Shown piece after piece: positions 20,615 to 30,717 of a stretch of 64,000 nucleotides of DNA; within the stretch, counting starts at the first letter, position 1; each line of letters begins with the position of its first letter. Where the stretch lies: NCBI GenBank assembly GCA_020353515.1, contig CP070695.1, positions 4,689,414 through 4,753,413 on the forward strand, given 5' to 3'. The position numbers were made by a program, and so were the translations under genes. The DNA comes from Candidatus Heimdallarchaeota archaeon (lineage in GTDB: Archaea; Asgardarchaeota; Heimdallarchaeia; Hodarchaeales; Hodarchaeaceae). The notes beneath the pieces are model-generated. The model saw nothing but the letters and a program-made list of their open reading frames with translations, did no database searches and was not told the origin of the DNA.

Positions 20615-21799
20615 CTGCCTTCAATTTATGACGCTTTCAAAGAAGGGAAATCACAAGCAGCTGATTGGAAGCAATTATTCGAAGAAACACGTTCTTTAGC
20701 TGATGCTTTCAAAGATGATTTTATTTTAAAATCTCCTGATTCTTTCGTTTTAACAAGTGAGGTCCATAAATTAAGCCAAATTTTGGGTCAAATTCTGAAT
20801 GCCTCTTCCTCAAAAGATGAATTATACTCACAGCTCATAATTATCGGGCCTCAACGAAGTGGGAAGAGTACCTCTGTTCAACAGATCGCTAATGAACTCA
20901 ATAGAAATCTTGGAGAAGATTATACGCAATACAGAGCTTATGATTCTCACTTCTGGAGTTGGTGGGAGGAAGCTGATTTTAATCCTACTCAACTCTTTTT
21001 TTTTGATAATATTTACCCTATATGGAGTCATTTAACACAACAATCCCTGAAGAATCTTACTGATCGTTCAAGGCACGAAAGGATCCTCGTTGTAACGATT
21101 TTAAACTCAATAGAACATTACTGGTTACGATTTTCTCATAAAACCTCAAGAATTAAAGTCTTTGATACAGAGCCGTTTGAATATCATTATAAACGTCCTT
21201 CTCCCCCTGAAATAGAAAATATCATCAAAAAAAGGGCCGAATGTTTGGGAAAACCAAGTTTATTTTCACCAGTAGTAGTAAACGCTATACAAAAACGCTC
21301 ATTAGGATTGCCAGGGCTAGCACTTTGGCTTACTAGAAATGTGATTTTAGATCTTGAAAACCAAGAAAAAGGAGAGATAACTCCAGGATCAATACACAAA
21401 ACAGCCCAATACTTAGGATTTGACCCTGCGTTAAAAATTATTTACGAACATGATCTCCAGTCTTCACAATCTAACGATGATAAAATCTGGCCTGAATTAC
21501 AAAAAGATAATAATATAGATTCCTCACCACTCATACAATCTCTTACACAATTAAAAAGTATTACAACTTCTTGGAAACCTTTACTCGAAGAAATGCTCCT
21601 CTTAGCGTTACAAAATAATAAAATTAAGCGGTCAGATTTACAGGAACGAACTGGAATTAAGGAATCCTCCCTCACGTATCAATGTCAAAGTCTTATAAAA
21701 GAAAAAATTATCAATTATTCGAAAAAAGGGCGGGAAGTTTTCTATCAATTAAGAACTCCTGTTAAAGAAGCTTTAGAACTCACATTATTTGCTTCTTGA
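20615..21799 (+). CDS. AAA+-like ATPase with C-terminal winged HTH (Orc1/Cdc6-like architecture)
   Basis: GPQRSGKST, FFFDN, GLPG sensor region, C-terminal wHTH; frame open upstream of 20783 to CTG 20615 preceded by AGGAGA. Confidence 0.65.
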   Translation: MPSIYDAFKEGKSQAADWKQLFEETRSLADAFKDDFILKSPDSFVLTSEVHKLSQILGQILNASSSKDELYSQLIIIGPQRSGKSTSVQQIANELNRNLGEDYTQYRAYDSHFWSWWEEADFNPTQLFFFDNIYPIWSHLTQQSLKNLTDRSRHERILVVTILNSIEHYWLRFSHKTSRIKVFDTEPFEYHYKRPSPPEIENIIKKRAECLGKPSLFSPVVVNAIQKRSLGLPGLALWLTRNVILDLENQEKGEITPGSIHKTAQYLGFDPALKIIYEHDLQSSQSNDDKIWPELQKDNNIDSSPLIQSLTQLKSITTSWKPLLEEMLLLALQNNKIKRSDLQERTGIKESSLTYQCQSLIKEKIINYSKKGREVFYQLRTPVKEALELTLFAS

Positions 21800-21805
21800 T
21801 GGTTT

Positions 21806-22888
21806 TTACTCCCCATTATTTATTGTATCTTGCGCTTGTACAACAGCTGTCCCAATACGATGAATATTTCGATGTGCTGCCCGTGGAATGGCATCTAATA
21901 ACCATAAAGTTCCCTCATTGTCAAAAATAAACTCAATATCATAATCAACCTCAAAATCTCGACGCACTTTCTTCGCAAGTTGGACAAGAGTTGTAATATC
22001 TTGTTGATTCAAAGACAGGGCATTTCTTTGCTCTGGTAAATTGTCAACGACAACCGCGTGACGAGTATTAGGGGGAATATGAGAAATTTTATGTTTGTAA
22101 GAGGCAAAAGTCTCGAGCGGTTCTCCAACCTTCTGTTCATCGACAATAAAGTGATCACAATAGATACCGTTTTTCTCCTCATGTACTTGTGTCCCCCAAT
22201 TAGCTCTAATATGGAGATCTTTGACATCATTTTTTACACTTATAACTCCACAGACTTTTGCTAAAACCATTTCCTCTACAATGATTGCAATTCTGACGTT
22301 ATCTGGAGGTAAACCAGCCTGTATTAGGTCAATAAGCACATCTGCCGTAAAAGCGGATGCCCAACAACTTTTAATAACTTGTATAATATCATGAATCTCT
22401 TTAAGATGAAAGAAAACCCCTCGACCAGAACAGATATGTCTGGAGGAGTCTTCAACATGAGCAGACGTTCTGATTACAACAGAATCTGATTTAATTATAT
22501 CTAGTAACTTATAAATCTCCTCAGCAATCGGATTTGCCATTTGCATTGGCATTGGAGAACTTATTATAGTTTCTTGAATTTCTTCAGCAGTTTCCCCTGA
22601 ATTCTCTGGAGTAGCATGAGCAATTAGATGATCTATTCGTTTTGCACCTGGCATATTATTTAAAAATCGTTTAAAAATTTTAGTTGTGATTACTACTCCT
22701 TTTGGGACATTATATCCTTTTGATAGTAGACGAGAAAGTGAACAGGCTCTTTCCCCAAAAGTTTCAGCTCTGGAATAGTCAACATCAGCTAATCTTTGGA
22801 TAGGATTTGCTTCATACATTGTTAAGATCGTTCCTACAATGTGAAAAGATTCATCAAAAGACATTGAAGAGTTTTTTTTTGAATTCAA
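21806..22888 (-). CDS. Stand-alone, divergent PEP synthase/PPDK N-terminal (ATP-grasp) domain
   Basis: VPKGVVITT, IRTSAHVED, IKSCWAS, DIEF...LWLLDAIP; no phospho-His or PEP-binding domain. Confidence 0.8.
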   Translation of the reverse strand: MNSKKNSSMSFDESFHIVGTILTMYEANPIQRLADVDYSRAETFGERACSLSRLLSKGYNVPKGVVITTKIFKRFLNNMPGAKRIDHLIAHATPENSGETAEEIQETIISSPMPMQMANPIAEEIYKLLDIIKSDSVVIRTSAHVEDSSRHICSGRGVFFHLKEIHDIIQVIKSCWASAFTADVLIDLIQAGLPPDNVRIAIIVEEMVLAKVCGVISVKNDVKDLHIRANWGTQVHEEKNGIYCDHFIVDEQKVGEPLETFASYKHKISHIPPNTRHAVVVDNLPEQRNALSLNQQDITTLVQLAKKVRRDFEVDYDIEFIFDNEGTLWLLDAIPRAAHRNIHRIGTAVVQAQDTINNGE

Positions 22889-23024
22889 TCACACTATAAT
22901 GTTAGTGATGTCCAGTTTTCTTGAGAGGCTTGGAATTTATAATTCTGTCGTAATTACACAATCTAAAATAAGAAGATTCACATACTCATACATCAATATT
23001 AACTTGTTTATATTTATAAAAAAA

Positions 23025-25838
23025 TTAAGTAGGAACACTTTTTTGAATCTTGGGGGTGAAAAACCTTAACAAAAGACTATTAGTAACGACAGAAATAGAA
23101 CTCAGTGCCATAGCGGCTCCAGCAATTTCGGGAACCAGAGTGATTCCGAAAGGAATGAATAAGATGCCAGCAGCGATTGGAATTCCCACCAAATTATATA
23201 TGAAGGCCCAAAAGAGGTTCTGCTTAATTTTAGAAATGGTTTTTTTGCTTAGCTGAATACTGGCGACTACATCGCGGAGATCCTCTTTTATAAGAACAAT
23301 ATCCCCTGTTTCAATGGCCACATCTGTACCACTGCCTATAGCTATACCAATATTTGCTTGTGCTAGTGCCGGGGCATCATTTATCCCATCACCAACCATA
23401 CCAACAAATTTTCCCTTGACTTGTATTTCTTCCACAATTTTTGCTTTATTTTCTGGTAAAACTTCAGCAACGACGTTTTTGATACCTACTTGAGAAGCAA
23501 TTGCCTTCGCTGTACGTTCATTATCCCCTGTTACAAGGTATACCTCTATCCCCATCTTCTGTAATTGTACAACCACTTCTTTGCTGGTTTTTTTCAGTGG
23601 ATCAGCAATCGCAAGTAATCCGAGGAATTTGTTGTTCATTGTGGAAATGACGACAGTTTTAGCTTGGCTTTCTAATTTCTGTATATTTACTTCAAAATCA
23701 TCTAAAGATATTCCTATATTTTCAAATAATCTACGATTTCCAACAGTAATTATATCCCCATTTATTCGAGCTCGAATACCATGACCAGGAATTGCCTCAA
23801 AATCTTTGGGCTCATAGAGATCGATTCCTCTTTCTTCAGCTGTTTCAATGACAGCTTGAGCAAGAGGATGTTCAGATCCTTTTTCTGCAGAGGCTACCAA
23901 TGCCAGAATTTCATCTTCTACTTTGTCCTCCATGAGAACTATTGTATCTGTAACCTTTGGATTACCTTTCGTCAATGTACCTGTTTTATCGAATACAATT
24001 GCATCTATTTTGTGAGTACCTTCCAAAGCTTCTGCATTTTTAATAAGAATTCCTTGTTCAGCACCCTTTCCTGTGCCAACCATAATAGCAGTAGGTGTAG
24101 CTAGTCCTAGAGCACAGGGACAAGCAATTACAAGTACTGCTATCATTAGTTTAAATGGGAACACGAAACTGTTAATTTGTTGACCCCATAAAGTGGTTGG
24201 TAAAAAACCAATTAAGCCTCCGGTATACCAGAAAAAGAAGGTTAACAATGATATTACAATCACTGTTGGAACGAAACGTCCTGCTACAATATCAGCGAGT
24301 CGTTGAATCGGAGCTTTAGAAGCTTGGGCATCTTCAACAAGTTTTATGATTTGAGCTAATGCAGTGTCCGCTCCAACACGAGTAGCTTTAATGGTAAGTA
24401 ATCCATTTTTGTTGAGAGTTGCACCGATAACTTGGCTATCGATGGTTTTTTTTACAGGCATCGATTCACCAGTAATCATTGATTCATCGACAGTAGAACT
24501 TCCTTCAATAACAATTCCATCGGCAGGAATTTTCGCTCCTGGTCGAACTAATAGCAAGTCCCCAACCATTACTTCCTCGATTGGAATCTTTTCCTCTTTC
24601 CCATCACGAATTAATGTAGCTTCTTTAGCTTGTAAATCTATTAGCTTTCGAATAGCTTGAGATGTCTGTCCTTTCGCTCTTGCCTCCAAATATTTTCCTA
24701 AGAGAAGAAAAGTAATTAATAATGCAGCAGTCTCGAAAAATATTGCTTCTGGATCTTGAATTAGGATTCCAAGTATTGAATACCAAAATGCAGCATTAGT
24801 TCCTAAAAATACAAGGACATCCATGTTAAATTGTCCATGACGAAGCACTTTCACGGCACCATAATGAAATTGCCATCCTGCAACGAACATCACAGGAACG
24901 GTGAGTATCATAATTATCAAGATATGATTTGCTACTCCTGGGACCATATTTTCTGGAAAAGGTAATGGAATCGATAACCCTATCATAGGTCCCATACTAA
25001 GTATTAAAATGGGCACACTAAGGATGAGTGCCCCCAACAGTCGTAATTTTTGGAGTCGGAGCTCTCTAGCTCTTTCAAGACTTTCTTTATCTTCAGAAGT
25101 CATTCTATAAGAAGATATTTTCTTTGCTTCATACCCTACATTTTTAATAGCATCAATAATTTGATTTTCTGTAATATATCCTGGATTAAAGACTACACGA
25201 GCTTTTTCTGTTGCAAGATTGACACTTTGTTCAATAATTCCATCCTGTTTAGTCAATGCTGTTTCTATTGTATTAACGCAACTTGCACAAGTCATTCCTG
25301 AAATTGCTAGATTTACAGTATGCGAAGATCGAGATGCATCTTTAGCTCCATATCCCACGTTTTCCACTGCTGTAACTAAAGAGTCAATATTAGTTTTTCT
25401 TGGATTGTATTGAACCTGTGCTTTTTCGGTCATTAGGTTGACAGAAACGCTTTCAACCCCTTCCACCTTGTTTAGCTCATTTTCAATTGTTGAAACACAA
25501 GAAGCACATGTCATCCCTGTGATCCTTAAATTTGCTAGTTGAAGCTCAAGAGCTGGTATTTGTGTTTTAGGAATTTTTTCTATTGTATGATTGACGGCAT
25601 CTGGTGATGAGGAGGCTCGAATATCATCTACTTGCTTTATTTCCAAGGGTTCATCATCTTTTATAATTTGCATAGGTTTATTATGATGAATGGGAATATC
25701 CTGGACTCCACATTCGGGCCCCATCCAACAGACCAACCTCGTTTCATCATCAACATTTTCAATATGCATCGGTTGTTTACAATGCATTGGAACAGGTTCT
25801 GCGTAATCGCATATCTGACACTGTAACTGCTGGGGCAT
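23025..25838 (-). CDS. copA: Cu(I)-exporting P1B-1 ATPase with two HMA domains and an extra N-terminal Cys/His domain
   Basis: 2x GMTCASC, TGES, CPC, DKTGT, GDGIND, YN and MxxSS; ATG 25838 (track start 25847). Confidence 0.96.
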   Translation of the reverse strand: MPQQLQCQICDYAEPVPMHCKQPMHIENVDDETRLVCWMGPECGVQDIPIHHNKPMQIIKDDEPLEIKQVDDIRASSSPDAVNHTIEKIPKTQIPALELQLANLRITGMTCASCVSTIENELNKVEGVESVSVNLMTEKAQVQYNPRKTNIDSLVTAVENVGYGAKDASRSSHTVNLAISGMTCASCVNTIETALTKQDGIIEQSVNLATEKARVVFNPGYITENQIIDAIKNVGYEAKKISSYRMTSEDKESLERARELRLQKLRLLGALILSVPILILSMGPMIGLSIPLPFPENMVPGVANHILIIMILTVPVMFVAGWQFHYGAVKVLRHGQFNMDVLVFLGTNAAFWYSILGILIQDPEAIFFETAALLITFLLLGKYLEARAKGQTSQAIRKLIDLQAKEATLIRDGKEEKIPIEEVMVGDLLLVRPGAKIPADGIVIEGSSTVDESMITGESMPVKKTIDSQVIGATLNKNGLLTIKATRVGADTALAQIIKLVEDAQASKAPIQRLADIVAGRFVPTVIVISLLTFFFWYTGGLIGFLPTTLWGQQINSFVFPFKLMIAVLVIACPCALGLATPTAIMVGTGKGAEQGILIKNAEALEGTHKIDAIVFDKTGTLTKGNPKVTDTIVLMEDKVEDEILALVASAEKGSEHPLAQAVIETAEERGIDLYEPKDFEAIPGHGIRARINGDIITVGNRRLFENIGISLDDFEVNIQKLESQAKTVVISTMNNKFLGLLAIADPLKKTSKEVVVQLQKMGIEVYLVTGDNERTAKAIASQVGIKNVVAEVLPENKAKIVEEIQVKGKFVGMVGDGINDAPALAQANIGIAIGSGTDVAIETGDIVLIKEDLRDVVASIQLSKKTISKIKQNLFWAFIYNLVGIPIAAGILFIPFGITLVPEIAGAAMALSSISVVTNSLLLRFFTPKIQKSVPT

Positions 25839-25858
25839 AAAGATCACCTTCTCCTATG

Positions 25859-26047
25859 TTAACCTGATGGCTCAATTTGCATTGGTTTGTCGTGATGAGA
25901 GGGTAAATCTTGGACTCCACATGAAGCCCCCATCCAACAGACTAATTTCTCATTTCCATCAATCTTTTCAATATGCATTGGTTGATTGCAATGAACTGGA
26001 ACAGGTTCTGTATAATCACATATTTGACATCTTAATTGCTGGGTCAT
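25859..26047 (-). CDS. Small Cys/His/Met metal-binding protein, putative copper chaperone
   Basis: CQICDYTEPVPVHCNQPMH...LVCWMGASCG...HHDKPM, paralogous to the CopA N-terminus; 12-20 bp upstream of copA. Confidence 0.82.
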   Translation of the reverse strand: MTQQLRCQICDYTEPVPVHCNQPMHIEKIDGNEKLVCWMGASCGVQDLPSHHDKPMQIEPSG

Positions 26048-26426
26048 TAATATCATCTCACTTAAATTGATTATTTGTTATTTTACATATATTAAATTCT
26101 TCATTTTTTGAATTCAAACACTTCAATTGGTTATTAATGCTTTCTTAAGATCAAACAGGCAATATTTTCTAAATGACCTAGAGTTTCTTTAGCTTAAGGA
26201 ATTATGTACTTAAAAATTAAACCTTTGATAACTCTCTGAGAAGGGAATTATATTGAGATTAGAGTGAGGGTCTGCTTTATTTCACATTAATCTGTTAGAT
26301 GTAAAAGCCTTATGTTGTTTTTTTCGTAGTATAGTTTTAATATCCATCAATCAATATAAAATATATATATTTGGAATAAATTTCACTTTTCATAACATGG
26401 AACCTAAATAAGACAAGATTTTAACG

Positions 26427-26463
26427 AAAATTAGATGAAACCTTATCTAATTTTATCTAATTT
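26427..26463. promoter_or_regulatory. Inverted/direct repeat, candidate operator of the copper regulator
   Basis: AAAATTAGAT-N8-ATCTAATTTT perfect inverted repeat plus a second ATCTAATTT 10 bp later, in the divergent intergenic region. Confidence 0.45.
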
Positions 26464-26535
26464 ATTTTGAAAATTAGCTTTAAATTTTAAAAATTATACA
26501 ATAACACACTAAATTCAGAAGGATGATGTGATTGA

Positions 26536-27138
26536 ATGGTGAAAATTGAATTGGATAATGCCGATCTAACTATTCTAAACCGTTTAAATGAGAATGGTCG
26601 AATTACTTATTCCGAGTTAGCGAATGAGCTTAATCTTACAGTTCCTACTGTGAAATCTCGCATTGATAAGTTAACAAAAATTGGAGTTATCCATCACATT
26701 GGTGTCTATTTAAATCCACATTCATTGACAAACGAGAGTGCTGCGTTAATAAAGGTTAAAGTTGATAAAGAAGAAAAGAAAGAGTTCATTAAGTTCTTAA
26801 CTTCAGTAAATGAAGTAAGAGAGGTATTTGAAGTCTTAGATGAGTTTAATCTTATGATGATAACCCAAAATCAACCACTTAATATGCACCACATTTTGTA
26901 TGAAGAAATCAAAGCTCATTCTTACGTCAAAAACGCAGAAATCAATATACTTGTGAAGGAAGTTTTCGCGAATCCTCATCGTATTCCTAAACAGAGTCAG
27001 CTCCTAAACGTTCGGTGCGAATATTGTGGTAAACAGATAAGTGAGAGTTATGAAACCGAAAAATTTGAAGAAATTCGACACTATTTTTGTTGTACAAGCT
27101 GCTTAAGGAATTACAAGAAGTGGAGAGAGTCTCAATAA
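26536..27138 (+). CDS. copR: Lrp/AsnC regulator with C-terminal TRASH domain (CopR/CopT-type)
   Basis: N-terminal Lrp HTH, C-terminal CEYCG...YFCCTSC; divergent from copA. Confidence 0.9.
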   Translation: MVKIELDNADLTILNRLNENGRITYSELANELNLTVPTVKSRIDKLTKIGVIHHIGVYLNPHSLTNESAALIKVKVDKEEKKEFIKFLTSVNEVREVFEVLDEFNLMMITQNQPLNMHHILYEEIKAHSYVKNAEINILVKEVFANPHRIPKQSQLLNVRCEYCGKQISESYETEKFEEIRHYFCCTSCLRNYKKWRESQ

Positions 27139-27190
27139 ACCTATATCATTTCTAGGAAATTTAAACCTAGTGTATATTCCGTGATTTAAC

Positions 27191-28012
27191 TCATTTTTGG
27201 AGATACCAAGCGCACGTACAATTTCTTTGCTCTGGTAACTGAGTGATAACGTCATGAAAGATTTGTTTTAGACTTGCTGCACGAGAGTTGAAAATGTCAA
27301 GAACCTCACTGTGACTAAGTTGCTTCTGGAGGCCTGCTGCCATATTTGTCACCACAGCTAAAACGCCGTAACAAATCCCAAGTTCACGACATAAAATTGC
27401 TTCGGATGAATTGGTCATACCAACCACATCCGCTCCCATTTGTTGTAGCGCTTTAATCTCAGCTGGTGTTTCGAAACGAGGGCCCATTGTAGTTGCGTAA
27501 GTTCCTGCAGTGTGTGTATCATGATCATCCTTGAGAACTTCTGAAAGAATTTTACGAATCTCGGGACAATAGGGTTCGCTCATATCAAGATGAACAACCC
27601 CTGATTTCGTTATTCCTTTCTGAAATTCAACACTAAAGTCTCCATCAAAAAAAGTTATTGGACGGACAAAATCAATAAATTGATCAAGGAGAACATAATC
27701 TCCAGGGTTTATTAAGGGTCGTAAACTACCTACTGCACTCGTGGCAATGACTTTGGGGATAGCTAATGAATGAAGAGCATATATATTAGCCTTAAAATTG
27801 ATTTTGTGAGGAGGAATGTTATGAAGACCTCCATGCCGAGGTAAAAAGAATAGAATTTTCTCCTCGAATTCTTGTTGGTAGATAGTTACAGGTTTAGAAT
27901 CAAACGGGGTAGTAATGGAGATCTTTGACGGTTCTTCTAAGAAGTCATAAAATCCTGATCCTCCAATGATACAAAATTTATTACTTGTTTCCATACCATT
28001 AAGAGTCTCCAT
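27191..28012 (-). CDS. mtnP: 5'-methylthioadenosine / purine nucleoside phosphorylase
   Basis: IIGGSG, PRHG..H..PPH, GPRFETPAE, VGMT, VTN. Confidence 0.9.
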   Translation of the reverse strand: METLNGMETSNKFCIIGGSGFYDFLEEPSKISITTPFDSKPVTIYQQEFEEKILFFLPRHGGLHNIPPHKINFKANIYALHSLAIPKVIATSAVGSLRPLINPGDYVLLDQFIDFVRPITFFDGDFSVEFQKGITKSGVVHLDMSEPYCPEIRKILSEVLKDDHDTHTAGTYATTMGPRFETPAEIKALQQMGADVVGMTNSSEAILCRELGICYGVLAVVTNMAAGLQKQLSHSEVLDIFNSRAASLKQIFHDVITQLPEQRNCTCAWYLQK

Positions 28013-28071
28013 TACGATTTGTTGGGATGTATATTTTAGAGATAATGAATTGAATGTCTAAAATTAGTTTT

Positions 28072-29253
28072 TTACCTTTTCTTCTTCTTTCGAATTGGTA
28101 TATAAAGTATTATACTGATTATAGCTAATATTTCGAAACCATTGGTATTTTCTGCATGTTTGATGTCCGTGGGTATAACTATCTTATTGACCACTATATC
28201 AGTATAGATTCTTTCCATGTTTTTAGTGACATTTCCCCATCCACTTGGATAGAATACATTTTCTTCTAATCCCAGAGAGTGGATTCCTGGAAAATTATCC
28301 TCACTTCGGTTGAATTTTTCAAACAAGGTTAGAATGGCTTTTGTGTTATTCTTAACAACACTTGGTACTGAAGTCCGATTTGAATCAACTGTGACAACAG
28401 TATTTGTGAAACCCTCAAGAATTCCTAAGGTATTATTATTCTGCAAAGCAGAGAAAATTAAATCATAACCTTGCTTGTCCAAATCTTCTGCTAATTTCTT
28501 TGCTTTGTCAGAATCAGTCCAGCTTTCCCAGAAATAGTCTACATAATATATCGAAATATCTACTTCAGTAGTGTTGCGCAAAAAACCACTCTGAAATCCC
28601 GAAATTAGCTGCCACGAACGAGGGTCTGATTTAGGATTTGATATTTCGCTCGGCCAAGTATTTCGATAAGTACAGACCATTGCAATTTTTTCTGGTGTGG
28701 GAGATATTGTTTCCGCTGTTAAAGTTCCTGCAATGAAACCGACATGACTTTCATTGAAGCTAAAAACCGCAGCATTATCACCCAAGGTATTCCCTAAATA
28801 CGAAGGAACCTGTCCAGATAAATCGTAAAAGAGAAACTTTGTATCGGGATAACGTTCTGGTAAGTAATTAGCTTTTTTCTCACGTCTAAGCTCATAACCC
28901 ATCAGTACAACTAAGTCATATTGATCCGTTTGTGCAAGCTGATCTGCTAATTCCGTATGATTAGTCTGTGTTCCGTCGTAATAATAAGTTATAGGTGGTC
29001 TAGAGTATTTCGTAAGTGGGAATACGGTATAGTTCATATTATATGTTTGGTTGACAAGATCGAACCCATTTAAAACATCATTAATGAAAGAAGAATCGTA
29101 CAACTCTGGAGAATCCAAGATTACAGCAATATTCCTTATTGCTTGGTTACTACTAGCTGTTCCTTGTTGAGGAAGAGCAACATCAAAGCTAGTTGAGACA
29201 AAGCAAAAAAGCAGTACAATTACTAATAAAATCTTCTTGTGTTGGTATTTCAT
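28072..29253 (-). CDS. BMP/PnrA-like substrate-binding protein with C-terminal anchor
   Basis: DSSFIN, FNESHVGFIAG, GFQSG, TVDSN; signal peptide after ATG 29253; GFE+TM+basic tail. Confidence 0.72.
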   Translation of the reverse strand: MKYQHKKILLVIVLLFCFVSTSFDVALPQQGTASSNQAIRNIAVILDSPELYDSSFINDVLNGFDLVNQTYNMNYTVFPLTKYSRPPITYYYDGTQTNHTELADQLAQTDQYDLVVLMGYELRREKKANYLPERYPDTKFLFYDLSGQVPSYLGNTLGDNAAVFSFNESHVGFIAGTLTAETISPTPEKIAMVCTYRNTWPSEISNPKSDPRSWQLISGFQSGFLRNTTEVDISIYYVDYFWESWTDSDKAKKLAEDLDKQGYDLIFSALQNNNTLGILEGFTNTVVTVDSNRTSVPSVVKNNTKAILTLFEKFNRSEDNFPGIHSLGLEENVFYPSGWGNVTKNMERIYTDIVVNKIVIPTDIKHAENTNGFEILAIISIILYIPIRKKKKR

Positions 29254-29430
29254 GTGCGTGCCCCAATATGACTTAGATAGTAAGAGTGATCTTATTTTTG
29301 TTATAAAAATAATTTCTTTTGATTGTTTAGTTTTGGATTGGTAACTCATCAAATATTTGTTACTAATTCTAAATGTTTTGTTCAACAATAATATATTATG
29401 AAAAATGATTGATAAAAACTATTCATGTAA

Positions 29431-30714
29431 CTAATTAGATTTAGAGAGAATTATTTCTACTACTTGTTTCACGCCATGAGTGACGCCTTCAGTCATCATC
29501 CAACCATCGTTTCCTTTGAAACCATCGCCAATGAAAAAGAGATTGGGGATAACTGATGAATTTGATAGATCATTGCCTTGAGTGGACCAATTCACGGGCC
29601 ACTCTTTATGAAATGTATGAACACACAATTCATCCTCCTCTTTCAGTTGGGGAAATGTTTCTAGTAGTTCATCCCGTGCACGACGGGTATCATGGATGAT
29701 ATCAGAGGAATGGAAAACTTGATGAGTTAATAACAAATGCTCACCAGGTGGGGCGAGATTAGGGGAAATATTTGTTGGTTCTACTGCCCCTTTTATATAT
29801 TTATTTCCAGGAAATTGGGCCACAACCGAGGTTCTAAGAATTGGCACTTTAGATCGGTAAGCAAAACCACCACCTCGAGCAATTGGCATGGTAGGCAAAC
29901 GAAAAGGGATATGACTTCTTGATAATAATTCATTCACCTGAAAATAACCAATATTGAGGACAAAATCATTTGCATAAATTGCGAATTCTTCTTTTGTTTT
30001 TCGATCACGACAAATAGCTGATTTAATTTCAGTACCGTCAATTTCTAGTCGAACCAATTCACAGCTCTTTCGAAGAATCGAGCCTTTTTGACGAATATAT
30101 TCTACTAATCCAGTGGTAACAGCTTTACAACCTCCAATGGGAACCCCTGGTCGTCCTCTTTGGTATAACCTTCTAAAAAAGCGAAACATGCTTGCTGTGG
30201 ATATTTGGGAGATATCGATACTTAAAGCAAAACCTGTTAGTGCATTAAAGAAGTTATAAATTTGAGGATCTTCAGTCCTAGCTTCTAAAAACTCATGAAA
30301 CGATTCATTTCGACGTTCTGAATGACGTAAACTTGGAAATAATTTGCGAAAAATAAAAATCCGTTGACTCATTTTTGGAAACGCTTTCAAAATTCCCCAA
30401 AACTTTCTATGTTGAATCGGTTCGTGTTGAGGCCAATACCAAGCTGTAAAATATTCATTTTCGATGATTTTAAGAGATAAATTCAGATCCTGTAAGAGAG
30501 TCACTCCCAAAGGGCCATTACGGGAATGTGGGATCATATGAACCGCTCCAGTAGGTATTTCAAATCCATCATGTTTGATTGATGTGAATCGTCCTCCAAA
30601 AAAAGGCAGTTTTTCTACAAGAAAACTCTTCTGACCACGTTGAGCCAATAAGCTTGCTGATAATAATCCACCAATTCCTCCTCCTGCTATAAATTGATCA
30701 TAATGTTCTGTGAT
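29431..30714 (-). CDS. FAD-dependent oxidoreductase, phytoene desaturase-like
   Basis: Rossmann motif AGGGIGGL lies upstream of the track start (30648); frame open to ATC 30714; GGRFTS, TGAVHMIPH, FFIGD. Confidence 0.85.
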   Translation of the reverse strand: MTEHYDQFIAGGGIGGLLSASLLAQRGQKSFLVEKLPFFGGRFTSIKHDGFEIPTGAVHMIPHSRNGPLGVTLLQDLNLSLKIIENEYFTAWYWPQHEPIQHRKFWGILKAFPKMSQRIFIFRKLFPSLRHSERRNESFHEFLEARTEDPQIYNFFNALTGFALSIDISQISTASMFRFFRRLYQRGRPGVPIGGCKAVTTGLVEYIRQKGSILRKSCELVRLEIDGTEIKSAICRDRKTKEEFAIYANDFVLNIGYFQVNELLSRSHIPFRLPTMPIARGGGFAYRSKVPILRTSVVAQFPGNKYIKGAVEPTNISPNLAPPGEHLLLTHQVFHSSDIIHDTRRARDELLETFPQLKEEDELCVHTFHKEWPVNWSTQGNDLSNSSVIPNLFFIGDGFKGNDGWMMTEGVTHGVKQVVEIILSKSN

Positions 30715-30717
30715 ACT

